From: a virus
Lineage: Duplodnaviria; Caudoviricetes
Direction: 5' to 3' (one strand)
IMG/VR virus record: IMGVR_UViG_3300032280_000307
Coordinates: 1 to 32,148 of that record
Length of the DNA: 32,148 nt
Below the pieces are notes generated by a model. The model worked only from the letters and a program-made list of their open reading frames with translations, searched no databases and was not told the DNA's origin. Positions 19,282 through 27,097 of this stretch are shown piece by piece (position 1 is the stretch's first letter; each line of letters starts with the position of its first letter). A program made the translations under genes and the position numbers.

Positions 19282-20033
19282 CGTCGTTCGATGTCCTCTT
19301 CTACGCAGTTGTCACCGTACTGAATCTCAATTAACCGTAACGGCCGATCAGTTTCGTTACACAGCATGTGCCATTGGTTTTTAGCTATCCAGATGTGTTT
19401 GTGTAAATCAAAGTGTCCCACTAGATCGTGATCACTGCCGGAGTCTAAGGTATACACAGCGGCTTCGCCCTCGGCCACAAACCAAAATTCTGCACGATGC
19501 TCATGACGTTGCATACTCAGGCAGGTTTTAGGTGCCACAGTTAGTTCTTTTAGTTTGGTATGTGTACCAACTTCGTGCAACACACGATAATATCCCCACG
19601 CCCTACTAGTCTTGGGTTTTTTCCAATCTTCCAGTATCCAACTACTGGAGTTGGCTTTGTTGTCACCGCCTACACCAAACACAAACTCTACGTTGTCAAA
19701 CACCTGTTCGGGAATGTTTTCTGGTGTTCTGTCGCCGCCGTTGGCAAAGATGATTTCATCATTGGGGTATTTTTTTTGAATTTGACGTATGGCATCACAG
19801 GCTGTACCGTCACTGTCGTCAAACTCAATCACTTCGCCGACCATGTGTAGATTGTCCAACACAATCATGCGTTCACGCCACGGCATAAACGGTCGGCCTT
19901 TTTTGCGTGTGAGCCACGCATCTGAGTTTAGTCCCACAACCACATGATCACCTAAATGTTCAGCATGATTGAGATAGGATATGTGTCCTGAGTGTATGGG
20001 GTCAAACCCGCCGGTTACTATAACTATTTTCAT
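19278..20033 (-). CDS. Cytidylyltransferase-like (HxGH) domain fused to a mannose-6-phosphate-isomerase type II-like cupin
   Basis: TGGFDPIHSGH, GLNSD, FANGGDR and SSS, followed by RAWG, LSMQRHEHRAEFW and LIEIQYG..EEDIER. Confidence 0.88.
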   Translation of the reverse strand: MKIVIVTGGFDPIHSGHISYLNHAEHLGDHVVVGLNSDAWLTRKKGRPFMPWRERMIVLDNLHMVGEVIEFDDSDGTACDAIRQIQKKYPNDEIIFANGGDRTPENIPEQVFDNVEFVFGVGGDNKANSSSWILEDWKKPKTSRAWGYYRVLHEVGTHTKLKELTVAPKTCLSMQRHEHRAEFWFVAEGEAAVYTLDSGSDHDLVGHFDLHKHIWIAKNQWHMLCNETDRPLRLIEIQYGDNCVEEDIERR

Positions 20034-20070
20034 AAAGATATTTATGTGTGTATATAACGGTAAATATCAA

Positions 20071-20796
20071 ATGATGCCTGACAACAATGAACCTATAGAC
20101 TGCGCCTGTGTAATACACGGAAATGGATATACCTGGGACTATGTAGAAAGATTGTACAACATGTTGTGCAGACATCTGAGCCGTCCGGTAAGATTACATG
20201 TGTACACCGAAGCAGATAGACCGGTTCCAGACCACATGATCAAACACTCACTTATCGACTGGGGGTTTACGGGTACAAAAAAATCCTGGTGGTATAAACT
20301 ACAGCTATTCAACACACAGCACCATTCGGGTCCTCTACTATACTTTGATCTGGACATTGTAATAACAAAAAATATTGATTGGTTATGGCAACTAAACCAA
20401 CGATATTTTTGGGCACTAAGAGATTTCAAGTATCTATGGAAAAACACCTGCACAGTATCCAACACCAGTGTGATGTGGTGGAACACTGAAGATTATGGGC
20501 ACATATGGAAAACAGTGGTTGACCAAGACATAAACAAGTTTGTTGGCCAATATCGCGGCGACCAAGATTTGGTGTCGGCTCTGATACCTGTAGAAAATCG
20601 TCGATTTTTTAACACTGACTGGGTAAAAAGCTGGCGATGGCAGTGTTGGGAAGGCGGCTTTAATTTTTCAAAACGAAAATACCTGGCGCCTGGCACAGGA
20701 ACAACAATGAGCGACGACACTAGTATTTTAGTATTCCACGGCACACCAAAGCCGCACGAAATTACCGATCCAGTGGTACTAGCACACTGGCAGTAA
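20071..20796 (+). CDS. GT-A (GT8-like) glycosyltransferase
   Basis: WWYKLQLF, LYFDLDIVI, NTSVMWW, GDQD and VFHGTPKPHE. Start at ATG 20071 or 20074, behind TAAATA 20061-20066. Confidence 0.75.
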   Translation: MMPDNNEPIDCACVIHGNGYTWDYVERLYNMLCRHLSRPVRLHVYTEADRPVPDHMIKHSLIDWGFTGTKKSWWYKLQLFNTQHHSGPLLYFDLDIVITKNIDWLWQLNQRYFWALRDFKYLWKNTCTVSNTSVMWWNTEDYGHIWKTVVDQDINKFVGQYRGDQDLVSALIPVENRRFFNTDWVKSWRWQCWEGGFNFSKRKYLAPGTGTTMSDDTSILVFHGTPKPHEITDPVVLAHWQ

Positions 20797-20821
20797 TATT
20801 TAATAATAGAATGTATTAAAA

Positions 20822-21379
20822 ATGACTCAACGATTATTTAAACTTGAAGGAATTCCAATGCCTGACTCAGCTGCCGGCATAGTGACCATTGACGGAGTCA
20901 AAGTTTTTGATGGTGTGTTTACCTTAGGTTCCAACAACGAATCCGACGGATACCTGTGTGAGTTTGCACACCCAGTTGAAGATCAGTATGATTGGGAATT
21001 ACGTGCAGTGAATGTAATGTTGACAGTAACTATAACAGTCACTGTCGGCACAGCAGAAGTGGGCATGTTGAAATACAACTATGCCCCTGTTCCCAATCCA
21101 CTGTTGACACCAACTGAGCTGGCGTATATAACCGATGGCAATGCGGCAATTGCACCAGTTGTTGTAAAAGCAGATGTGGCAGCCAAAGGTGGATGGATAG
21201 TACACAGCCCTACAAAGTTTGCCTACGGGATGACTCCAGAACTCAATTACAGTAACCGCTTGGACATGATCATTGACCAGTTGGTGTTACCAAACGAAGC
21301 AGGCCACTATGGCATCATAGTAGATGCTGGCAAAACACTATCTTTTACTACAGTGATATTTTCAGTCCCGTACCAGTAG
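20822..21379 (+). CDS. Hypothetical protein (beta-rich)
   Basis: 185-aa ORF filling the gap in operon orientation. No recognised motif. Confidence 0.65.
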   Translation: MTQRLFKLEGIPMPDSAAGIVTIDGVKVFDGVFTLGSNNESDGYLCEFAHPVEDQYDWELRAVNVMLTVTITVTVGTAEVGMLKYNYAPVPNPLLTPTELAYITDGNAAIAPVVVKADVAAKGGWIVHSPTKFAYGMTPELNYSNRLDMIIDQLVLPNEAGHYGIIVDAGKTLSFTTVIFSVPYQ

Positions 21380-21380
21380 G

Positions 21381-21409
21381 TTGACCAATAAATCCCAATT
21401 TGCTATAAT
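21381..21409 (+). promoter_or_regulatory. Early sigma70-type promoter P1
   Basis: TTGACC-17 bp-TATAAT with extended -10 TG. Confidence 0.9.
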
Positions 21410-21439
21410 ACTTGTATTGTAGTTAAAAAGGAGTCAGAG

Positions 21440-21649
21440 ATGGGTTACAAGGTTGTAGATACTATGGACATGATGCGCACCCGGTACGAGCCACGCAAGG
21501 GCCTAGAAGGTCCGTTCAACTTCTCCGGACAGGTGTTGTATTATGACAACAAAGAGGGTGCCTACTACGACCCCACTACAGATTTCTACGTTTCCAAAGA
21601 GGAAATGGACATTATTAACCAGCGTTTCTACGAAGTGCTTAAAAAATAA
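21440..21649 (+). CDS. Small early hypothetical protein
   Basis: SD AAAAAGGAG. Contains LEGPF..SGQVLYYD.KEG.YYDP.TD. Confidence 0.8.
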   Translation: MGYKVVDTMDMMRTRYEPRKGLEGPFNFSGQVLYYDNKEGAYYDPTTDFYVSKEEMDIINQRFYEVLKK

Positions 21650-21685
21650 GCAGATTTTGTTGCAAAAAAGCCACATTTAGAATGG

Positions 21686-21714
21686 TTGACCATTATTCCC
21701 CAATTTGCTATAAT
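21686..21714 (+). promoter_or_regulatory. Early sigma70-type promoter P2
   Basis: TTGACC-17 bp-TATAAT with extended -10 TG. Confidence 0.9.
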
Positions 21715-21743
21715 ATAGCATAGATTAACAAAACGGAGCCAGT

Positions 21744-21923
21744 ATGCAAACAGCCACAGCAATTAAACAAATCCAAAAAGATGCAGAATTTTTAGGCATG
21801 GGCTTTTTGGAAATGATGCAGTTTATCAAAGTGAACCCAATGGCACAGACACAAAAAACAATGGAAGCATACCGCGCGGTCATGGTTCAAGGCAGCAAGA
21901 TGTTTGCCCCAGTTGACCAATAA
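21744..21923 (+). CDS. 59-aa early protein not in the supplied ORF track (MQTATAIKQ...MFAPVDQ)
   Basis: ACGGAGCC RBS, ATG 21744, TAA 21921-21923. Lies exactly between P2 and P3. Confidence 0.8.
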   Translation: MQTATAIKQIQKDAEFLGMGFLEMMQFIKVNPMAQTQKTMEAYRAVMVQGSKMFAPVDQ

Positions 21924-21941
21924 TTCCCAAACTGTTATAAT
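21913..21941 (+). promoter_or_regulatory. Early sigma70-type promoter P3
   Basis: TTGACC-17 bp-TATAAT. 34/38 nt identical to the P1 region. Confidence 0.9.
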
Positions 21942-21969
21942 ACTTGTATAGTAACTAAACGGAGCCACA

Positions 21970-22362
21970 ATGCAAAATTGGACTGACAAAATCATACATT
22001 GGAACCAATTGCCCGGAACAGAAGTCAAGCGTCTGCTTGCTACCTGGGGTAAGGATCCGGCATTCATTGATAAGTATGACCGAAAGCACGGTTTTGTGAC
22101 TGTGCCAGCAAAGCCAATTACCAAAACGAAAGCCACAGTTCCTGCAAAGACAACCACGGTAGTGGCCAAAAAAGGCACAGTCGCATCCACCACACGTCAA
22201 AAGCACACAGGTGCTGATGGTGAGATCAAGTTTGTAGCACACAGAAATCTCTATGTGGGATTCTTAGGCGGCAAAGTGGTGGTAACCAAACGCACTGTAG
22301 ATGCCTGCCGTGCCGTGTTGCTCGAACAGTTTGGAATCGAAGGTGTCAAGGTTGACGCCTAA
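21970..22362 (+). CDS. Basic Lys/Thr-rich early protein
   Basis: ACGGAGCC RBS. Central low-complexity PAKPITKTKATVPAKTTT linker. Confidence 0.8.
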   Translation: MQNWTDKIIHWNQLPGTEVKRLLATWGKDPAFIDKYDRKHGFVTVPAKPITKTKATVPAKTTTVVAKKGTVASTTRQKHTGADGEIKFVAHRNLYVGFLGGKVVVTKRTVDACRAVLLEQFGIEGVKVDA

Positions 22363-22380
22363 TTCGATAACTGCTATAAT
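22352..22380 (+). promoter_or_regulatory. Early sigma70-type promoter P4
   Basis: TTGACG-17 bp-TATAAT with extended -10 TG. Confidence 0.88.
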
Positions 22381-22410
22381 TTAATTTTAACGCACAACAA
22401 GGAGCCAACC

Positions 22411-23439
22411 ATGAGTGCCATTCGTATCGTTAAGGGCGAGTACCGCAACAAGCCCATCCGCAATATTGCTTTTACTTTGGTGTCAGGTTACACATCTGGC
22501 GCCAAAGGCAATTATGTTACTGTCAAGAATGATGGTAACTTTCCCGACTGCCCGGACACTGTCCGTATCCGGGTAAATTCCATCCGAGACTTTGAATATG
22601 TAAATGGAGATTCTGTGAGTACACTTAACGCTGAGATTGAAACCCCTGCACCAGTGGTGACAGAGACCGATGATGAAGCTATGGACCGTATCCGTGAGCG
22701 TTTTGACATCCTGCATGAGATGACAAAGGCCACTGTGACCGGTGACATCCGTGCTATGATTGTGAGTGGCCCTCCTGGCGTAGGTAAAAGTTTTGGTGTA
22801 GAGCAAGAGATTGAGAAAGCCTGCTTGTTTGACAAGTTGGCAGGCAAGCGACTTCGTGCAGAAGTTGTCAAGGGTAGTGCCACTCCTATTGGCCTGTACC
22901 AGACCTTGTACAAGTATTCGGATGCCAACAGTGTGATTGTGTTTGACGACTGTGACAGCATCTTGTTAGATGACGTTGCTCTTAACTTGCTCAAGGGTGC
23001 CTTGGACTCAGGTAAGAAACGTGTTATCTCCTGGTTGAGTGAGAGCAGTGCTTTGCGCAGAGAAGGCATTCCGGACCGTTTTGAGTTTAAGGGCAGTGTT
23101 ATCTTTATCACTAACTTAAAGTTTGATAAGATGAAGAGCCAGAAATTGCGTGACCACCTGGATGCATTGCAGAGTCGTTGTCACTATCTGGACTTGACCT
23201 TGGACACCATGCGTGACAAGTTGTTGCGTATCAAACAGATTGCCAAAGACGGCGTGTTGTTTGCAGACTACGACTTTGATGAGTATGCACAAGATGACAT
23301 TATTGACTTTATGCACAACAACAAAGATCGGTTGCGTGAGGTGAGTTTGCGTATGGCTCTTAAGATTGCAGATCTGCGCAAGAGCTTTGCAGGTAACTGG
23401 AAGCGCATGGCTGAGACTACCTGTATGAAGAGTGCCTGA
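22411..23439 (+). CDS. AAA+ family ATPase
   Basis: Walker A GPPGVGKS, Walker B IVFDDCD, sensor IFITN and Arg-finger-like ALQSR. RBS AAGGAGCC. Confidence 0.88.
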   Translation: MSAIRIVKGEYRNKPIRNIAFTLVSGYTSGAKGNYVTVKNDGNFPDCPDTVRIRVNSIRDFEYVNGDSVSTLNAEIETPAPVVTETDDEAMDRIRERFDILHEMTKATVTGDIRAMIVSGPPGVGKSFGVEQEIEKACLFDKLAGKRLRAEVVKGSATPIGLYQTLYKYSDANSVIVFDDCDSILLDDVALNLLKGALDSGKKRVISWLSESSALRREGIPDRFEFKGSVIFITNLKFDKMKSQKLRDHLDALQSRCHYLDLTLDTMRDKLLRIKQIAKDGVLFADYDFDEYAQDDIIDFMHNNKDRLREVSLRMALKIADLRKSFAGNWKRMAETTCMKSA

Positions 23440-23440
23440 T

Positions 23441-23533
23441 ATGGCGTGGATAGGTGTCTTAATGTTGCTGATGTTAGGACACCTGTGGTGGTCTTTACTG
23501 TTAGCACTTATTATTTTAATATTTGGAGATTGA
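23441..23533 (+). CDS. 30-aa hydrophobic membrane peptide not in the ORF track
   Basis: MAWIGVLMLLMLGHLWWSLLLALIILIFGD. Starts 1 nt after the ATPase stop and ends 1 nt before the next ATG. Confidence 0.6.
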   Translation: MAWIGVLMLLMLGHLWWSLLLALIILIFGD

Positions 23534-23534
23534 T

Positions 23535-23708
23535 ATGTCTGGAAAAGCAAAGTCTGTTTATTTGACAGTGACACCCAAAGGCCAGTTTACCTCAGTGCTC
23601 CGCAAGGTGTTCTTTGACGCCAAGGCCTACAATGATTATGTCAAGTCAGAAGAGTTTAAAACCAAGTGGCCTGCAGATCAATACGATGTTGTAAAAGAAA
23701 TTTATTAA
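23535..23708 (+). CDS. Small hypothetical protein
   Basis: GGAG SD, then ATG 23535 (MSGKAKSV...). Confidence 0.7.
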   Translation: MSGKAKSVYLTVTPKGQFTSVLRKVFFDAKAYNDYVKSEEFKTKWPADQYDVVKEIY

Positions 23709-23722
23709 CAGGAGTGCCTAAC

Positions 23723-23938
23723 ATGAAAGAAATCTCAAGTGTGATTGGTGTGGTTGTTCTTGGTATTGCAGGCGTACTATTACTGAGTTTTTTGTTGAGT
23801 TGGCCTGTGTACATGCTGTGGAATGGTTGTTTGGTTGACGCTGTCACCGGTATTAACCAAGTCACTTGGTTACAGGCCTGGGGCTTGACAGTACTGTGTG
23901 GTTTCTTATTTAAAACCTCTATTTCTAAAAAGGACTAA
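23723..23938 (+). CDS. Small membrane protein (about two TM segments)
   Basis: AGGAG SD, ATG 23723. Hydrophobic, with WP.YMLWN and TWLQAWGL..LCGFLF. Confidence 0.75.
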   Translation: MKEISSVIGVVVLGIAGVLLLSFLLSWPVYMLWNGCLVDAVTGINQVTWLQAWGLTVLCGFLFKTSISKKD

Positions 23939-23939
23939 T

Positions 23940-24041
23940 ATGTACAAGATTTATGATGGTGAGTTGTTTTTGTTTGCTGTGGATACCCAGTATGAAGCAG
24001 ACGAACAGCGTGATCAAGGTTTTCGTGTGGTAGTTGGTTAG
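23940..24041 (+). CDS. 33-aa protein not in the ORF track (MYKIYDGELFLFAVD...GFRVVVG)
   Basis: AAGGA SD, ATG 23940 right after the previous stop, TAG 24039-24041. Confidence 0.6.
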   Translation: MYKIYDGELFLFAVDTQYEADEQRDQGFRVVVG

Positions 24042-24127
24042 TTTATTTTTCTCCTTTTTCCCGGGAGCAGGTTGGCTCCGTCCCGGGTTTTATGACAGGC
24101 ACCCTTAAAAAAGGTGTCTGTCTTTTT
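24042..24127 (+). ncRNA. Candidate anti-RBS regulatory RNA in the 3' UTR of the early operon
   Basis: CTCCTTTTT tract, then hairpin CCCGGGA-loop-TCCCGGG whose loop region is the reverse complement of early-gene RBSs, then an intrinsic terminator. Function is inferred. Confidence 0.5.
24094..24127 (+). terminator. Rho-independent terminator
   Basis: Stem GACAGGCACC/GGTGTCTGTC (one G-U pair) followed by TTTTT. Confidence 0.85.
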
Positions 24128-24154
24128 GACTTCCTGAGACAATAAGTATATACT
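24126..24154 (+). promoter_or_regulatory. sigma70-type promoter, probably giving a leaderless mRNA
   Basis: TTGACT-17 bp-TATACT, 6 nt before ATG 24161. Confidence 0.75.
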
Positions 24155-24160
24155 ATTATT

Positions 24161-24994
24161 ATGATCAGAGTTTGTTTTCCTCCTGGATGTTATGGTACAT
24201 ACGTTACTAGATGTATCTACAATTATACTAATTTAAGAGTCGGCCCGTTTACTGAATTTACGTTTGGCAATAACGGTGACAGCCATCAGCACCGGTATAA
24301 TGCAAATGCCAAATCACAGATACATCAGGGTCACCTTGGGCAACATCCCTGGAACGACGATGATGTCATTGTTACTATTCTTCCTTGCAAATCTCATAGA
24401 TTAGATTATTTTAACAATCAATTTATCAAACAAGACTCTGGGCATTTAATTAAGTTCATCTCGTCGAGACTGTCACCTGAGGTGGCGCAGGATAAACTTG
24501 CCACTCAGTGGAACTATCATGGTAAATTTGACGAAACTATGCCTAGATGGATCATGCGTGAGTGGTGTTCGTTCTGGATCAACGATGTGCTAGAAGTTTC
24601 ATACAGCCCGGAAAAATATCAAGAATTAAATTCAGTGGCAAAGTTAACCACTCAAGATATATTTGAAAATTACCTAGAGCTATTAATCGAAGTTGTGGCA
24701 AAACTGGGCTTGACTTTTACAGTTAGTTTAGATATAATACAACAACAGCATAAAAATTTTTTGTCAGTACAACGACTTCACAACAGTCAACTACGCTGTG
24801 AACAATATGTGCAGGATATACTAGATGACACCAATAGTGATATCACAATGTACAGTATTTTTGACGAGGCATACATACAATATCTATTAAGATCAAACAA
24901 TCTTGGACTTCGGTGTGATGGATTAGACCTTTTTCCCGCAACAACACAACAGCTTAGAAATTTAACATATGAAACAATGTACAATACAGATTAA
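24161..24994 (+). CDS. Hypothetical protein, paralog of 29067-29984 (possibly P-loop/sulfotransferase-like fold)
   Basis: N-terminal VCFPPGCYGTY, PRWIMREW and C-terminal C..YV..I...IFDEAYI...LR. Confidence 0.6.
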   Translation: MIRVCFPPGCYGTYVTRCIYNYTNLRVGPFTEFTFGNNGDSHQHRYNANAKSQIHQGHLGQHPWNDDDVIVTILPCKSHRLDYFNNQFIKQDSGHLIKFISSRLSPEVAQDKLATQWNYHGKFDETMPRWIMREWCSFWINDVLEVSYSPEKYQELNSVAKLTTQDIFENYLELLIEVVAKLGLTFTVSLDIIQQQHKNFLSVQRLHNSQLRCEQYVQDILDDTNSDITMYSIFDEAYIQYLLRSNNLGLRCDGLDLFPATTQQLRNLTYETMYNTD

Positions 24995-26429
24995 GGACGA
25001 GGTCAATATTAAAATTGAAGGCCTAGAACTAGATGCTCGTCGTGCGCTGGTCAACGCATTCAAGTATGACGTGCCAGGCGCACGTTATCTACCGGCTGTG
25101 AGACTAGGCAGGTGGGACGGTAAGGTCAGTTACTTCCAACTTGGTGGTAGCACTTATGTAAACTTGTTGCCCGAGATCATCCCTATACTAGAAAAGTTCA
25201 ACTACGACATTGAACTGGATGACCAGCGAACATACTCTACTGTGTTTGACTTTACACAGATCCAAGAGGATTCGTTTGCGCACAAGGTGTGGCCCAAGAC
25301 TCATCCGATGGCCGGTCAGCCTGTGGTGTTGCGTGACTATCAAGTTGAGATCATCAACAACTTTCTTGGTAACCCGCAGTGTATTCAGGAAGTGGCCACA
25401 GGTGCAGGCAAGACGCTAATGACAGCGGCCTTGAGTTTAAGCATAGAACCTTACGGTCGTAGCATTGTTATTGTGCCCAACAAGAGCCTGGTAACACAGA
25501 CCGAAGCAGACTACAAGAACCTGGGTCTGGATGTGGGTGTTTACTTTGGCGACCGCAAAGAAATTGGCCGGACACATACAATTTGTACCTGGCAAAGTTT
25601 AAATGTGTTGATGAAGAACACAAAAAACGGTGTAGCAGATATCACCATACAAGACTTTATTGAGGATGTAGTATGTGTGATGGTAGACGAAGTACACATG
25701 GCCAAGGCAGACGCACTTAAAAGTTTGTTGACCGGCATCATGGCGAGAGTGCCAATTCGATGGGGGTTGACTGGAACTGTGCCCAAGGAGCCGTTTGAAT
25801 TCCAAGCATTAAAATGCAGTCTTGGTCCAGTGATCAACCAGCTCAGTGCTAGCGAACTACAGGATCGTGGCGTGTTGGCACAGTGTCATGTGAACATTGT
25901 GCAGTTGGTAGACCACGCAGAATTCAGTAATTATCAAAGTGAGTTGAAGTTCTTGTTGGAAGAGCCAGACAGACTCACTGCCATTGCCAAGTTAGTGTCA
26001 CATGTGAACGACACAGGCAATACACTAGTGTTAGTAGACCGTGTGGCAGCCGGTCATGCTTTGATTGAACGCCTGGGCGATCGAGCAGTGTTTGTGTCAG
26101 GTGCAACCAAAGCAGGAGCAAGACAAGATGAATATGACGAAGTGGCGACCAGTACTGGCAAGATTATTGTGGCGACTTACGGTGTGGCCGCTGTGGGTAT
26201 TAATATTCCAAGGATTTTTAATCTGGTTCTTCTTGAGCCCGGAAAGAGCTTTGTCCGCGTTATACAATCAATTGGGCGCGGCATTAGAAAAGCAGAAGAC
26301 AAGGACCACGTTGAAATCTGGGACATAACCAGTACCTGTAAGTTTGCCAAACGCCATTTGACCAAACGCAAAGTGTTTTATCGAGATGCAAACTATCCGT
26401 TCTCTCAGGAGAAACTAGAGTGGAAGTGA
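24969..26429 (+). CDS. uvsW: SF2 DNA helicase, UvsW-like
   Basis: Q motif LRDYQ, ATGAGKT, DEVH, GLTGT, VGINIP and QSIGRGIR. Confidence 0.92.
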   Translation: MKQCTIQIKDEVNIKIEGLELDARRALVNAFKYDVPGARYLPAVRLGRWDGKVSYFQLGGSTYVNLLPEIIPILEKFNYDIELDDQRTYSTVFDFTQIQEDSFAHKVWPKTHPMAGQPVVLRDYQVEIINNFLGNPQCIQEVATGAGKTLMTAALSLSIEPYGRSIVIVPNKSLVTQTEADYKNLGLDVGVYFGDRKEIGRTHTICTWQSLNVLMKNTKNGVADITIQDFIEDVVCVMVDEVHMAKADALKSLLTGIMARVPIRWGLTGTVPKEPFEFQALKCSLGPVINQLSASELQDRGVLAQCHVNIVQLVDHAEFSNYQSELKFLLEEPDRLTAIAKLVSHVNDTGNTLVLVDRVAAGHALIERLGDRAVFVSGATKAGARQDEYDEVATSTGKIIVATYGVAAVGINIPRIFNLVLLEPGKSFVRVIQSIGRGIRKAEDKDHVEIWDITSTCKFAKRHLTKRKVFYRDANYPFSQEKLEWK

Positions 26430-27073
26430 CTAGACCTAGATTGTTGATAGTTGGCGACAGTTTCTTTTCTACTGATACTGCCTTTCCAGGTCAACACTGG
26501 TCGGAAATGTTGCCCAACTATGAAGTGATAAATCATGCATACCCTGGTAATTCTGTTGGCATAATACAAGCTGATTTACTACAAGGTCTGGCTCAAACAC
26601 CAGACGCTGTGATCATTGGCTTTACGGAAGCCGGGCGAACTGAATTTGAAAATTCTAATGCTGATGTTGACCGGCGTTGGATAACAACTCAGCATCATAA
26701 GTTTCTGAACAGCGATCAAAAGTTGTTGGCGACCTTGTCTGGAGCACTGCTAGATAATGAGATAACACAATTTAAACTATTTTGGCAAATACTTGGTACG
26801 CTGTATTTTTTGAAAAGTTTAAATATTCCTTTTCTTTATTCCATGGGAATATATCAAAAACATTATCTTGATGTAAAACTTATTCAACTCTACAAAGAGT
26901 TTATAACTGAACAACTTGATCAGTTTAAATCACACGCAATTGATCTGAATTTAGCCACATATCCATTGGAGTTGCAGACACCGTTTAATCCGTTGTTCCA
27001 TGTGCCGGATCCAGTCTGGCAATCTGGATTTGCTAATGAAGTGATAACAAAGTTTAAAACACTTGACATTTGA
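26426..27073 (+). CDS. SGNH-like hypothetical protein
   Basis: LIVGDSFF, NHAYPGNS and a C-terminal His (LFHVP). GTGA start/stop overlap with uvsW. Confidence 0.6.
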   Translation: MTRPRLLIVGDSFFSTDTAFPGQHWSEMLPNYEVINHAYPGNSVGIIQADLLQGLAQTPDAVIIGFTEAGRTEFENSNADVDRRWITTQHHKFLNSDQKLLATLSGALLDNEITQFKLFWQILGTLYFLKSLNIPFLYSMGIYQKHYLDVKLIQLYKEFITEQLDQFKSHAIDLNLATYPLELQTPFNPLFHVPDPVWQSGFANEVITKFKTLDI

Positions 27074-27091
27074 CTTGTTATACTGTACTAT
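27063..27091 (+). promoter_or_regulatory. sigma70-type promoter, probably giving a leaderless mRNA
   Basis: TTGACA-17 bp-TACTAT, 6 nt before ATG 27098. Confidence 0.75.
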
Positions 27092-27097
27092 ACACAC

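Noticed and set aside
21380-22380. ~38-bp repeats as a CRISPR array
   Set aside because: The spacing is 230-440 bp and irregular, the intervals are ORFs, the repeats are -35/-10 promoters, and no cas genes are present.
22483-23574. Long minus-strand ORFs (e.g. 22512-23111) and similar shadow ORFs opposite terL, the 757-aa gene and uvsW
   Set aside because: They are antisense to well-supported genes and have no RBS or motifs.
24042-24090. Minus-strand gene start or CsrA-sponge RNA (the minus strand reads ACGGAGCCAACC and AAAAAGGAG)
   Set aside because: No start codon follows at SD distance, and the terminator U tract and upstream promoters point to plus-strand transcription. Not fully excluded.
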